The translations under genes were made by a program, and so were the position numbers. From assembly GCA_016713925.1 (NCBI GenBank), contig JADJOH010000002.1, positions 238,395-302,394 on the forward strand: DNA of 64,000 bases, read 5' to 3'. The notes under the pieces were generated by a model. It was not told the DNA's origin, did no database searches, and saw only the letters and a program-made list of their open reading frames with translations. Source of the stretch: Bacteroidota bacterium (GTDB taxonomy: Bacteria > Bacteroidota > Bacteroidia > AKYH767-A > OLB10). This document shows positions 20,932 to 34,845 of the stretch, piece after piece (position 1 is the stretch's first letter; each line of letters begins with the position of its first letter).

Positions 20932-22200
20932 TTAGTAATTATATTTGTCTTTCCAGCGCTCCTTGAGGAATTTGCGGAGTTCTTTTTCGCGGGCGTTGTC
21001 GCCGGGTTCGTAGAATTTCATGGCTTTGAGGCGGTCGGGAAGATATTCCTGTTGGGCGAAGTTGTTTTCGAAATCGTGGGCATAACGGTATCCCTTACCG
21101 TAATCCAGGTCTTTCATTAATCCTGTGGGGGCGTTGCGGAGATGTAAGGGGACCGGTGCATCTCCATAATCTCGTACAGCCTTCTGTGCACTCTTGAGTC
21201 CGATATAGCTGGCATTGCTCTTCGCTGAGGAAGCCAGATAAGTCACTGCCTGTGAAAGCACGATGGCACATTCGGGATAGCCGATTAATTCCACGGCATT
21301 GAAGCAAGCTGTTGCAAGTAATAACGCATTGGGGTTGGCGTTGCCGATATCTTCAGAAGCCAGGATTACCAAACGACGTGCAATGAATTTAGGATCCTCT
21401 CCACCCTCTACCATTCTGGCCAGCCAATACAATGCGGCATTGGGATCACTGCCACGGATGGATTTGATAAAGGCAGAAATAATATCGTAATGTTGTTCAC
21501 CACCCTTGTCATAGACAGCAATGCGTTGTTGCGCAATTTTCATCACACCGGCATCGGTAATCTTTACCGGATCAGTCTCTGTAGAATTAATTACCAGTTC
21601 GAGTAGATTCAGCAATTTGCGGGCATCCCCACCCGATAGACCATAAAGCGCACTCTTCTCAAGGACTTCCACCGCACGTTTCTTCAATTGTTCATCTTTC
21701 TCCAAAGCCGTTTTCACGAGAAGATCCAATTCCTCCTCTTTCAACGTTTCAAGGATATACACCTGACAACGGGAGAGCAAGGGACGAATGACTTCAAAAG
21801 AAGGGTTCTCTGTCGTGGCGCCAATGAGCAACAAGGTGCCCTGTTCTACTGCAGCGAGGAGTGAATCCTGTTGCGATTTATTAAAGCGATGGATCTCATC
21901 GATAAACAACACTGCTCTTCCGCTCTCTTTCGCTTTCGCAATCACTTCTCTGACATCCTTCACCCCGGCACTGATCGCACTCAGGGAGAACATCGGCAAA
22001 TTTGCTTCGGAAGCCAGTATAGTAGCCAGTGTAGTTTTACCTGTACCGGGAGGTCCCCAAAAAATGATAGAGGGTAAATGTCCGCTATGCAATAAATTTC
22101 TTAAAACACCATTTGGTCCGGCGAGATGAGATTGACCCACCACCTCTTCGAGTTTATGTGGGCGCATCCTTTCCGCTAAAGGGATGCCGGAATTCATCAT
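20932..22200 (-). CDS. rarA: replication-associated recombination protein A (AAA+ ATPase, MgsA/RarA)
   Basis: Walker A motif WGPPGTGKTTLA, Walker B motif LFIDEIHRFNKSQQD, and a MgsA C-terminal domain. Confidence 0.9.
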   Translation of the reverse strand: MMNSGIPLAERMRPHKLEEVVGQSHLAGPNGVLRNLLHSGHLPSIIFWGPPGTGKTTLATILASEANLPMFSLSAISAGVKDVREVIAKAKESGRAVLFIDEIHRFNKSQQDSLLAAVEQGTLLLIGATTENPSFEVIRPLLSRCQVYILETLKEEELDLLVKTALEKDEQLKKRAVEVLEKSALYGLSGGDARKLLNLLELVINSTETDPVKITDAGVMKIAQQRIAVYDKGGEQHYDIISAFIKSIRGSDPNAALYWLARMVEGGEDPKFIARRLVILASEDIGNANPNALLLATACFNAVELIGYPECAIVLSQAVTYLASSAKSNASYIGLKSAQKAVRDYGDAPVPLHLRNAPTGLMKDLDYGKGYRYAHDFENNFAQQEYLPDRLKAMKFYEPGDNAREKELRKFLKERWKDKYNY

Positions 22201-24115
22201 GGCATGCCGGCGTCTTTAGAAATCGCCTTCACCGTTATTTCAATCCGGTTGTTTCGTTCATGTTCTTCCTCAATGCAAAGAATACCATTCACGCATTTAT
22301 TCAACAACTTCGCTTCACCATACCCTTTGGCGGAGAGACGTGATTCAGCAATGCCCTGTGTAACCAAATAACTTAACACTAACTCCGCACGTTTTTGGGT
22401 TAAGATGATATTATCGGCATCACTATTTCTGGAATCGGTGTAGGAACCAATCTCCACTTGCAATCTGGAATTATCCAGAAGTAAAGTAGAAAGAAATTGC
22501 AGCGTCTCGCCGGAGGTCACCTTAAGCTGATAATCCTTTTTCTTAAATGCAACACCTTGCCAAACGAAGGGTTTATTTAACTGCACTTTCCTCAACTCCA
22601 CTTTTACTTTCAGGGTATCAGAAAATTTTAATCCAACCGTACTCTCTTCTGTCGTGACTAAAAAATACTCGGGATGATCACATCTGAATTTATACACATG
22701 TCCGGGTTGAACATCCAGTTTCAACTCACCAAGTCCATTGGTTGTAAAAATTTTCTCATTGGCATTATCCACCATCATCTTCACTCTGACACCTGGGATA
22801 GGCGTACCCGCCTGCACTTCAGTGATAGCTAAAAACATATTCAGTTGAGGCGGATGTTTCTCGAATCCGTAGATTTTATCGACATTGCCATTTCTGGAAG
22901 AGGAAAAATATCCTTCCATTCCTGTTGAATCCATAATAAAGCTGAAATCATCCTGTGAAGAATTTATGGGATAACCCAGATTTTCTGCAGTACTCCATTC
23001 TCCCTGGACAAACTTTGACTCATAGATATCAAGACCACCCATACCGGTACGTCCATCGGAGGCAAAATAGAGCAAGGAATCATTCGCCATAAAAGGAAAA
23101 AGCTCATTCCCTTCGGTATTCACTCCGGCTCCCAAATTCACCGGATTACTCCAACGTTCTCCTCCTTCCCATCGGACCATATACAAATCCGATCCACCAT
23201 AACCCCAGGGCATATCCGAAGAAAATATCATCATCGCTCCGCTTGCATTCAGGGCCGGATGACCGACAGAATACTCATTGCTGTTAAAATACATGGGACC
23301 TTTGATTTTCCATTCGCCCAATTCATTATCGGCTTTGAATATCTTCAGGACATTAACATTTTTATTATTTTTCTCTGCTCTGTTGCTGACATAATTATTC
23401 CTGGTAAAATACATGGTATTGTATCCATTGGAAAAGACGACAGGCCCCTCATTAAATTTACCATTCACATCACCGCGAAGGGTTCGATATCCATCCAGTT
23501 ACCGCGATCGGTTTTCTTCGCGTAAAACAAATCAAGGAACCTGTTACCCGTTCCATCTGAAACAGCTTTTGAAAGCCCCTTCACACTCCGATCCGAAAGA
23601 AAGACAATACCGCTTCTGAAAAAAGCCGGGCTAAAGAAATTATCATGAGGTGTATTAAACTTCAATAAGGAAATCGAATAGAGCGTCGTGTCCCGGTAAA
23701 AAACTGCGATACTATCACAGGCGTTTAACATTCTTTGCGCTTTAAAATCACTTTTATTAAACTCCAGGTACTTTTCAATATGCACTTTTGCTTCTTTATA
23801 ATTGCCATTTCTCATCATGGCTTGTGCAAGAAACAAATTCCATTCAGGACGAGCATCGGGTAATTTAATTGCTCTGCGGTACCAATATTCTGTCTTCACC
23901 GAATTCCCCATCTGCAAATAACAATCGGCAATATTCGCTGTAGCTTCAGGAATAATTTTTCTACTCAGCACGTACTCATACTCATTTGCGGCACTGGCGT
24001 AGGCAAATTGCTGATAATATTCGTTAGCTGAACGCAAATGGACATTGAGACATCCTCCGGTCATCCCCGCGATCGAAATCAGCAATAATCCAATAAAAAT
24101 TCGCGAATGTCTCAT
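22197..24115 (-). pseudogene. PorE-like outer-membrane protein (TPR - PD40/beta-propeller - CarbopepD_reg-like - OmpA_C), interrupted by an apparent 1-nt frameshift near 23465-23475
   Basis: The 216-aa ORF (23465..24115; signal peptide plus TPR) ends ...FLDLFYAKKTDRGNWMDIEPFAVM*. The next frame continues ...VNGKFNEGPVVFSNGYNTMYFTRNN. Together they are collinear with the intact 720-aa paralog at 60640..62802 (FLDLYYSRGKENKFREPEQF...NDGPVAFNKKGDEIWITRNN). The C-terminus has an OmpA_C domain (...TDSRNSDADNIILTQKRAELV...). The break could be a sequencing error. Confidence 0.75.
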
Positions 24116-25038
24116 CAGAAGTAGCGTGGGGATTTCATTTTTGTAACAGGGAAACCAAAATCGTAACCAATCATAAATTCATGAGAACCGGAATTATAAT
24201 TTCCCAATTCACCGAGTGTATAATCATACGAATATCCAACTCTCATTTTACGGCTAATCTGGTATTCGAATAAGACTATAATTGCTTCATCGGAACGATA
24301 GGAAGTTCCCAGCCAGAAAATTTCATTGATCAGCATATTCAGATTCAAATCATATTGCATTTTTGCACCGGCTTCATAACGCAAGAGGAAGGATGGTTTA
24401 AACTTCAACTCACGTTCTGTTTCTATCACACCTCCAGCCGTTACATAATAACGTCTTACTTGTTTATGTACCGGCTCTCCGGGTTCAATGGAAGAATTGT
24501 CATTGGGGTCGTAGCTCAGAAGAAATGGTGCAGACACGCCCGCATAAAATAAATCCCTGTAATAATAAGCACCCAATCCTGCATTCGGTAATAAGTTACT
24601 GAAGGTATTATAATCAAACACCTTATCACCCGGATCCCAATACGTCAATTTCACTACTTCAGAGCTAAAATTACTTACGCCTGCTTGCAGACCGACAGAG
24701 AGTTTTCCAACACCCAGCGGTAGATGATAAGCGAGCATACCATACACGTCCGTTTGTTTAGTCACACCAATTTTATCCTGTTGCAGGAGCATTCCCAATC
24801 CCAGTTTTTTCTTCTTGAGCAGACCATGAATAGTACCGGAATACGTTACCGGTGCACCTTCCATTCCGGCCCATTGCTTTCTGTACATCATGGTGGTACT
24901 TACATACTCTTTACTTCCCGCATAAGCAGGATTCAGCAACAAGCCATTAAACATATAATGACTCATCAACGGACTTTGCTGAGCGAAAGCAGATGAACAA
25001 CTCATCGCGAATACTAAAATCAGGTAGATCCTCCTCAT
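24115..25038 (-). CDS. type IX secretion system membrane protein, PorP/SprF family
   Basis: Signal peptide plus the family hallmark SHYMFNGLLLNPAYAGSKEY. Predicted ~300-aa beta-barrel ending ...PVTKMKSPRYF. It overlaps the upstream giant-adhesin gene by 4 nt and the downstream PorE-like gene by 1 nt. Confidence 0.85.
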   Translation of the reverse strand: MRRIYLILVFAMSCSSAFAQQSPLMSHYMFNGLLLNPAYAGSKEYVSTTMMYRKQWAGMEGAPVTYSGTIHGLLKKKKLGLGMLLQQDKIGVTKQTDVYGMLAYHLPLGVGKLSVGLQAGVSNFSSEVVKLTYWDPGDKVFDYNTFSNLLPNAGLGAYYYRDLFYAGVSAPFLLSYDPNDNSSIEPGEPVHKQVRRYYVTAGGVIETERELKFKPSFLLRYEAGAKMQYDLNLNMLINEIFWLGTSYRSDEAIIVLFEYQISRKMRVGYSYDYTLGELGNYNSGSHEFMIGYDFGFPVTKMKSPRYF

Positions 25039-28000
25039 CGTCTTAAATCAATATAAGTATTATACACTTTATTAATAAAATTCACTTTCACAATAACGAA
25101 ATAGGTTCCATCCGCTAAAGGATACCCTTCATTATCGGTTCCGTACCAGTCATTCCTATAACTCTTTTGCGTGTAGACATTCTGACCCCATCGATTATAA
25201 ACGACAATCTCATTATCGGGATACTCCTCGAGACCCTTAATTACAAGATAATCATTACTGCCATCAAAATTGGGAGAGAATGCTGTAGGCAATTGAATTT
25301 TAGGAAGGCATTCCAGGCTATCTCGTCTGAAAATATTCACTACAGCAGAATCTCTGCAGGTACCATTAACGACTGTCCATAAGAAAGTATTATTTCCAAA
25401 ATTCAGTCCTATCACCCTGGTGAAGGCGCGAGAAGTATCATCAATCTGTACATCGCCCGTTAAAGAGGTCCAATACCCATAGCCAAATTCAGGTCTAGTG
25501 GCATTGAGATTCACCTCACTATTACAAACACTTCTATCTGTTCCTCCAATGGCTTCAATTTCTGACGTTACCGTAATGGTTAATTGATCATCATCGGAAC
25601 AAATCCCATCTGAGATCGTCCATAACAACACGTTATCACCATTGGCAAGGTTAGAGATCGTACTTGAAGGAGAAGTAGAATCCGAAAACGAAATTGTATT
25701 TAAAGAACTTATCACCTGACAGTAACCAATGCCGAGGGCAGGTGTATCCGCGAAGAGTGTAACATTATTCTCACCGCAAATATTAAATCCGTTCCGGCAT
25801 TGGCAACCAGTTGTTGAGGTTGCGTTAAAAGGAAAGTCGGATAAGTACCACAATTATTATCATCTGTAATAAAGACGGTATAAAGATCTGACGTAAGGTT
25901 TTGCAAATTTTGAGTGATAGCACCATTACTCCAAACGAAATTATAGGGTGCAGTACCCCCGGTTACACTCAGGAATAATTCACCATCCGCCAATCCAAAG
26001 CAGCTAATATTATAGGGAGGATTATTTTGAGGGGAAACGGAGTTAATAGTATAGGGCTGTGGTTCTGTTAAAGTAATTGTCCGGATAGCGACACATCCGA
26101 GTGCGTCCGTAATAGTTACAGTATAAAGCCCCTGAGAGAGATTTGTTAAGGCTGAATCCGTATTCGAAAGTCCGGCCCAGGAATAAGTCAATGGCAATGA
26201 TACACCGGTTGCAGTTATAGCGATAAATCCGTCTAATCCTCCATTACAGGTAATATTAGAAGAATCAACAGCCAAAATAACGGGGCCGGAGAGGTTACTG
26301 ATATTCGCAATATTTGAAACTGAACATCCATTAAAATCAGTAACGGTTACAGTGTAACTACCGGCTGCGAGATTTGCAAGAGAATCATTCACGCTTCCAT
26401 TCGACCATAGAAAACTATATCCGGGAATTCCTCCACTTGCGTTCACCACTACCTGACCGTTAGTGAGGCCACAAGCAGCATTTTGCAACCCTGAAAATGA
26501 AATCAACAACTCCTGCGGCTGACTTATGTTAAAAGCCTGAGAACCGGTACATCCTCTGTTATCTGTAACTATGACAGAATAATTTCCTGCTGCAAGATTA
26601 TTAACATCCTGAGTAGTCTGACTTGTGTTCACCCAGGTATACAGATAAGGGGTCACTCCTCCATTGATATCAATATCAATACTGCCGTCAGCAGTTCCAA
26701 AACAACTGACACTATCTACAGTTACACTTGAAATTACCGGTATTCCAGTATTTGAAATCGTAAAACTTGTATCAAATCTACAAAAAGCAGCATCAGTAAC
26801 TGTCACGGTATAAGTACCGGAATTCAATCCTGAAATTGTTGACGATGCATTACCGGTGTTCCACAAATAAGTATAGCCGGAAGTCCCCCCGGTTGTTTGA
26901 GCGACAATAATTCCATTACTGAGATTACAACTTGGCTCTGTAAGAGTAGCGTTTACTTGCAGTGCTGATGGTTCTGCTATAGTATCTACAAACAAATTCG
27001 TACAACCATTGTCATCTGTGACAGTTAAAGTATAAATACCTGCAGGAACATTCGAGAGATTTTGACTAACACTGCCATTGCTCCATAAATAACTAAAGGG
27101 TGCAGTTCCGAAAAGCACATCTATCGCAAGTTGCCCGGTACTGTCGCCCGGACAAGTTACAGCAGTCATGCTCACTAATGTAACAGCAGGACCATTCAGA
27201 TTGCCAATAACGACATTCTCTACTTTAGTACATCCGTTCGCGTCTGTAACTGTTACGGTATAAGAACCGGCTACAACATTATTTATTGAATCAACTGTTC
27301 CACCATTCGACCATAAGTAGGTATATCCGGGTACACCTCCATTCACAGTGACAAAGGCCGCTCCGTTTGCACTACCACAACTGGCATCTACTACTGCTGA
27401 CTGAATGATAATATCAGTAGGTTGGGTAACCGTCACGAATGCAGTATCCTTGCAGCCTGTATTATCAGTAACAATCAAGGAATAATTTCCAGCAGGAATA
27501 GCATTCAAGTCCTGTGTTGTCTGGCCGGATGACCAGATATATTGAAATGGGTTTGAGCCTCCGGAAACGGAAATATTGATCGCACCATTTGACAAGCCAA
27601 AACAGGAAACATTTGTCAGTTGATTCACATTCAACTGTGGACCATTCAGATTTTGTACCCGAATGGTATCCTGCCTGACGCATAAATTCTGATCCGTTAC
27701 AGTCACGGTAAATAAGCCCGCAGCCACATTTTTAATACTATCATTCGCAACACCGTTCGACCAGAGATAGGTAAAAGTACCTGGTCCCCACTGTCGCGGT
27801 TACTGTAGCCAATCCATTTAACTGACCACAACTTGCCCCAACAGACTGAAGTTGCAATACAATTGCTGGAGGCTGACCAAGTGAAAATTGTTGTGAAGAG
27901 GTACAGCCTGTACCATCCGTCACAGTTACGGTATATGTTCCGGCTGCTAATGAGTCCGCTGTATTGCCGGTGTCTCCATTAGACCAAATAACCACATAAG

Positions 28001-31000
28001 GAGTTGTGCCACCTGAAATACTCACTGTCAATGACCCGTTGGTTCCACCAAAACAGGAAGGTTGAATCTGATTTTGCAATTGTAGTGCAGGTGCACCTGA
28101 ATTAGAAACTGCTACAGAATCGAGGAAAGTACAACCCAGATTATCTGTTATCGTTACCGAATAGGTTCCGGCAGGAATTCCTGTTAACGTTTGAGCACTA
28201 CTGCCTGTTTCCCAGAGATAGGTATATGGTCCTACTCCACCACGGGGGGTTACAGTAGCGCTTCCATTGGATTGGTTACATGTGGCCTGAATTGAAGTAA
28301 AGGATGTTGTTATCTGCGCATTTTGAGTAATGGTTACACTCAGTGTATCTGTACAACCGCCACCATCACTAACGGTAAGGGTATACGTTCCGGCAAAAAC
28401 ACTGAACCGATCCTGATTGGTATTTCCATCATTCCACAGATAGGTGAAAGGAACTGTACCGCCAGTCACAGAAATATATATTCTGCCTGAGTTTGCACCA
28501 AAGCAACGGACATTTCTCACTGAATCCAATACAGCTAAAGGACCCGATTGCGCGGATACCAGAAAACTGAGTGTCGTATCGCAACTATTGAAATCAGATA
28601 CTGTCACGGTATATGTTCCTGCAGTAAGACCCGAAATTGCTGCAGTCGTTTGACCACCTGACCATAAAAAAGTATAGGGCGACGTTGCACCATTTACCGT
28701 AAGGCTGATTGAACCATTGGAAAATCCACAAGAGGCGTTTTGAATAACCGGCACTACATTAAATGTATCCGGCTCAAGGATAACAAAAACAGCAGAATCG
28801 GAGCAGGCAACGCTATCTGTCACCATAACTGTATAAGTACCCGCAGCAAGACCGGAAACATCTTGTTGGGTTCCACCTTGTGACCATGAGTAAACGTAAG
28901 GAGTAATACCTCCAATCACATTGATGTCAATACTCCCTGTTGTCGCTCCGGGACAAATGACATCCTGTTGAGCAACCAGCGAAATAACCGGTCCGTTTGA
29001 GAGCGTAACTGCAACATTACGACGTCTTGTACATCCGTTCGCATCGGTTACCGTCACATTGTAAGTTCCTGCAGTGAGCGCTGTAATACTCTGGGTAGTT
29101 TGTCCGTTATTCCAGAGATAGGTATAGGGAGGAGTGCCGCCCGATGGATTCGACTGAGCCTGTCCGGTCGCCTGCCCGCAGAAAGAAGGTTGCGAGGTCA
29201 TGGGAGATAACAATGCGGTAGGCTGAGTGACAGAAAAATTCTGCCGAACTGTACATCCTGCAAAATCAGTAACCGTTACCGTATAATTTCCTGCCGTCAA
29301 ATCAGAAATATTCTGAGTAGTTGCACCATTCGACCAGAGGATAGATAACGGCGACGCACCCCCGCTTAAATAAATGGTGATCGCACCACTGGTATCATTA
29401 TTACATAATAAATTTTGAACTGTACTACTATCAATGACCGGTCCGCCTGTTCCATTTACACTGGATGAAAATTGTGAGCTGCAATTATTCGCATCTGTAA
29501 CTGTTACTGTATATGTACCGGCAATCACACCGGAAATACCGGTACCTGTACCCCCTGTTGACCAAAGGTAGAGATAAGGAGATGTTCCACCTGTAATCAC
29601 GACTGACAATGCGCCATTCGCTAAACCGCAACTTGCAGGTGTTGATGAAAAAGTGGACTGAATTGAATCAGGTTCAGCAACAGTATACGTTCCGGTGGTG
29701 GTACAACTATTCTGATCCGTTACTGTTACAGTATAGACTCCTGCAATCAATCCTGTCACATCTTCTGTCAAAGCTCCATTACTCCAGATAAATGTTAAAG
29801 GAATTGCACCCCCTGCAGTTGTAATATTTATTGCTCCGTCACTGTCACCATAACAAGAAACACTATCTATAACTACAGAACTTATTACAGGTCCGGAAGC
29901 TGTCACAACCTGTCCGCTTGCTGTTGCAGTACACAATGCAGCATCGGTTACTGTTACTGTATACGTTCCCGCCGCAAGACTACTAATTGATGAAACGGTT
30001 GCACCTGTATTCCATAAATAGGTCAGGACACCGGTTCCTCCACTTGCAATAACCGTGGCAGTTCCATTGGATACCCCGCAGGAAGCATTAGTAGTATTTA
30101 CAACAGCATTTATAGCCGAAGGTTGGGATAAATTAAAAACTCTGGATCGCGTACAAGAATTAAAATCAGTTACGGTCACCGTATACGCTCCGACTGCTAA
30201 ATTGACAGGATCTTCTCCGGTAAATCCATTACTCCATTGATAAGTAAAAGGAGGGGTACCACCAGCCATAGTCAAATTGATACTTCCGGTACTGGCGCCG
30301 TTACATAAAATGTTAGTAACAACAGGTCCGAAAGTAATGAGATTGGTTTGGCTAACTGTATATGGTGATATGCCGGTACATCCATTTCCATCTGTAATAG
30401 TTACAGTATATACTCCTGCAATTAAACCGCTCACATCCTCTGTTGTAGCAGCGGTACTCCACAAATAAGTAAAAAGACCATTACCACCTGAAGGCGTTAT
30501 ATTAATACTTCCCGTCGCACCACCATTACAATTCACATTAGTGACCACACCGGTTGAAGTTACCGCATTAGGTTGACCAACTAAAAAGGATTGAGAAGTA
30601 CTACAGTTATTTACATCCTGAACAGTGACGGTATACGTTCCGGCGAGAAGCCCGGAAAGATCTTCTGTTACTGCGCCGTTGCTCCATAAATACGTATACG
30701 TAGGAGTTCCTCCACTCACTGTAATATCTATTGCGCCATCATTACCTCCATTGCAGGTAACATCTGTTATAGAAGTATTGCTGATTACCGGTGCATTAGC
30801 CGCGGAGACCACAACACTTGAAACAGCGGTACAATTATTAGCATCACTAACGGTCACTGTATACGTTGCAGGAACCAGACCTGAAATGTTTGCAGTTATA
30901 CCGCCGTTACTCCAGAGATAAGAATAACCGGGTGTACCACCGGCAGGAGTCGCAGTAGCAGTACCGGTTCCAACACCACAGCCGGATTGAGTTGCTGAAG

Positions 31001-34000
31001 TACCTACACTAAGTGCGGAAGGTTGTGTAAGTGAGAAGGACTGTACATGGGTACAGGCATTCGCATCTGTAATTGTAACCGTGTACGTGCCGGCTGATAA
31101 AGCAGAAATATCTTCTACAAGTGCTCCGTTGCTCCAGAGAAAAGTATAGGAAGGTGTTCCTCCATTTACAGTGACGTCAATGGCACCTGTACTTCCACCA
31201 TTACAAGCAATAGTAGTAAGATTAGCGGAAGCTGTTATTGTTTGTGGCTGTGAAATCGGAAAGCTAAAAATACCCACACAGAAATTCTGATCAGTTATTG
31301 TTACGGTATAAGTAGTAGCGGATAGACCGGAAACATCCTGAGTAATAGCTCCTGTGCTCCAGAGATAGTTGTATGCAGGAGTTCCACCGGCTACAGAAAT
31401 ATCCAAACTTCCATTAGCACCTCCATTACAGGAAACATTTACAGTAGTTATCAATGTAGCCAGAGGACTACCTGTATTACCAACCGCAGTACTTGAAGAA
31501 ACAGTACACCCGGCGGCATCTGTGACAGTTACGGTGTAGGTACCAGCCGCAAGTCCTGTAATTACCTGTGATGTTTGTCCGGTATTCCATTGAAAAGTGT
31601 AATTAGGGGTTCCACCGGAAGGAATAACTGTAATTGACCCGTTAGATGCGTTGCAGGTTCCATTTACAGGAATGAAATTTAAAAGAATTGGAGCACTTTG
31701 CGTTACAGTTGCATTTGTAATAGCTGTACAGTTATTTACATCTGTAACGGTTACTGTATACGTACCTGCAGGAAGTGCGATAAGATCTTCATTGCTACTG
31801 CCACTGCTCCAGTTGTAAGTATAACCGGGTGTACCTCCGCTAACGGTAAGATTAACGGCACCTGTAGACGCACCATTGCAAGCCACATTTGTAACAAATG
31901 TAGAAAGGATTATCGCGGCAGACTGAGTGACCAACGCACTGGTGGTTCCGGTACAGTTGTTAGCATCCGTAACGGTTACAGTATAGGTACCGGCAATAAG
32001 TCCGGTAATATCTTGATTGCTGCTGCCATTGCTCCAATTGTAAGTATAGCCCGGAGTGCCACCGCTCACTGTTAGATTGATGGCTCCGGTTGCTCCTCCA
32101 TTGCAAACGACGTTCGTGACAACTGTAGAAAGATTGAGAGCGGCAGGTTGAGAAACTACTACACTTGTAGTACCTGTACAACTATTCACATCAGTAACTG
32201 TAACCGTATATGTACCTGCAATAATTCCGGAAAGATCTTCAGTAGCACTACCATTACTCCAGTTAAACGTATAACCGGGAACACCTCCGCTCACCGTTAG
32301 ATTGATGGCACCGGTTGCTGCTCCACTACAGGCAACGTTCGTAACTACCGTTGATAAATTAAGTCCTGAAGTTTGTGAAACCACCGCGTTGACAGAGGCA
32401 ATACAGTTATTTGCATCCGTAACCGTAACGGTGTATGTTGCAGCAGTTAGTCCTGAAATATCTTCATTGCTACTGCCGTTGCTCCAGTTGTAAGTAAAAC
32501 CGGGGGTTCCTCCACTCACAGTAAGATTAATAGCACCTGAAGCACCACCATTACAAGCAATATTAGTCACTACTGTTGAAAGGTTAATCGGAGATGGTTG
32601 AGAAACCAGGACACTTGTTGTTGCCGTACAACTGTTCGCATCTGTAATGGTTACAGTATATGTTCCGGCAATGAGTCCGGAGATATCTTCATTGCTACTT
32701 CCGTTGCTCCAATTGTAAGTATAACCCGGAGTTCCTCCACTAACGGCAAGGTTAACCGCTCCCGTGGAAGCACCATTGCAAGCAACATTTGTAACTATTG
32801 TTGAAAGACTAATAGCAGTGGTCTGAGTAACAGTAGTACTAGTTGTTGCCGTACAATTGTTCGCATCCGTAACAGTTACGGTATATGTTCCGGCAATGAG
32901 TCCGGAGATATCCTCATTACTACTGCCATTGCTCCAGTTGTAAGTATAACCGGGAGCCCCTCCGCTAACGGTAAGGTTAATCGCACTTGTGGAAGAACCA
33001 TTACAGGCAAAATTCGTAGCTATTCTTGAAAGATTAATAGCACTAGTCTGAGTAACTGTAGTACTGGTGGTTGCCGTACAATTGTTCGCATCCGTAACAG
33101 TTACGGTAAATGTTCCGGCAATGAGTCCGGAAATATCTTCATTGCTACTGCCATTGCTCCAGTTGTAAGTATAACCGGGAGTTCCTCCACTAACAGAAAG
33201 GTTAACCGCTCCGGTGGAAGCACCATTACAACCAACATTGGTAACTATTGTTGAAAGATTAATCGCAGAAGATTGAGTCACTATAGCACTGGTGGATGCC
33301 GTACAGTTGTTCGCATCCGTCACAGTTACTGTATAGGTTCCGGCGATAAGTCCTGAAATATCTTCATTGCTACTGCCATTGCTCCAATTGTAATTGTAAC
33401 CCGGAGTTCCTCCGCTAGCGGTAAGATTAATTGATCCGGTTGCTGCACCATTACAGGAAACATTAGTTACTGTTCTCGCAAGGGTAAGCAGGGCCGGTTC
33501 ATTGACTACTGCGCTGGTAGTTGCTGTACAATTATTGGCATCCGTTACCGTCACGGTATAAGTACCGGCAGAGAGTGTGTTAGGATCTTCAAAAGAACTT
33601 CCATTGCTCCAATTGTAAGTATAGCCTGAAGTTCCTCCGGTAACTGTCAGATCAATAGCTCCGGTAAATGTTCCATTACAAGCAACATTGGTACTTATTG
33701 TTGACAGACTTAATACGGGAGGCTGAGGGACAAATTCATTTGTTGTAGCAGTACAACCATTGGCATCAGTTACTGTCACTGTATAGGTAGCTGATAGAAG
33801 TCCGGAAGGATCCTCACTTATGCTACCGTTACTCCAGATAAAAGTATAATTCGGCAAACCGCCGCTAACTGTAAGATCGATAGCACCGGTCGCAGCACCA
33901 TTACAATCAACATCTGCAACAACAGCAGAAAGATTAATCGCGGAAGGTTGCGAAATTACAATGAATGAAGATTCTGAACAGCCGTTGGCATCTGTAACAG

Positions 34001-34769
34001 TTACTGTATAAGTTGCAGCAGGAAGTCCATTCAGGTCTTCGGAAGTACTCCCATTACTCCAATTAAATGTAAAATTAGGAGTACCTCCGTTTACGGTAAG
34101 ATTAATAGCCCCTGTAGATGCACCATTACAAGAGACATCCGTATCAACCAACTGCAAGGTCAGGAACGGATCTTCAAAAATATCAACGTTTAACTGACTG
34201 GTGCACGAATTAACATCTGTTACGGTGACATTGTATGCCCCGGCGATAACGTTCGTTATATCTTCATTCGAACTGGCATCAGACCATAAATAGGAATAGC
34301 CGGGAACTCCGCCGGTAACAGAAATATAAGCAGCACCGTCTGCCCCACCGTTACAGCTTGCCGAATTCACACTATCCTGAACTACTGTCATTAGCGCCGG
34401 TGCCACTAAAGTTACTGATCCGGTTTTTACTTCACCTAAAAAATCAGTAACAGTTACAGTATATGTCCCGGCAGGAATTCCACTCAGGTCTTCACTTGTG
34501 GCTCCGGTTGACCATAAAAATGTGTAAGGAGCAGTACCATCCGTGGGAGTAAGATCAATTGCACCATCACTACTTGAATTACAGGAAACATTAACCCCAT
34601 TATAATCTGACAAGGTAAAAGTAAGTGTAATGATAAAAGAACTATTAGCCTTCCTGGCTTCGTTCCCGGAGGATAAAATGCTGAAAGCATTCGAACTGGT
34701 CGCAGAGCTAATTAGGAAAAGGAGAAATACAATTTTCCTCCAAACAGCTAAATTCAATTTCTTATGCAT
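25035..34769 (-). CDS. giant SprB-repeat adhesin with a gliding-motility-associated C-terminal domain (CHU_C, T9SS type B sorting domain), ~3245 aa if contiguous. It currently reads as three ORFs (27741..34769, 25712..27727, 25035..25853) because of two apparent 1-nt indels at homopolymers.
   Basis: Signal peptide, then more than 35 ~75-aa SprB repeats (...[53 protein letters not shown]...). The C-terminus TAFSPNFDGSNDYLVIKGLEEYPDNEIVVYNRWGQNVY... is a CHU_C domain. At plus cccc 27786-27789, deleting one G restores ...TATVGPGTFTYLWSNGVANDSIKNVAAGLFTVTVTD. At the ttt run near plus 25778-25788, adding one T restores ...ANAGTDLIxCGENNVTLFADTP. Confidence 0.8.
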
Positions 34770-34845
34770 TTTTGAAATAGTTCCTCCTTCTTTTCGTTGA
34801 GAGAAAACAATCCTTCAAAATTAAGAAAATTAAGTGGATTATACT

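Noticed and set aside
28444-32804. Numerous 60-125-aa plus-strand ORFs inside the giant adhesin gene (e.g. 30625..30921, 31698..32075)
   Set aside because: They are antisense frames of a repetitive, compositionally biased coding region. Their low-complexity translations (T/V/A-rich) are typical artefacts.
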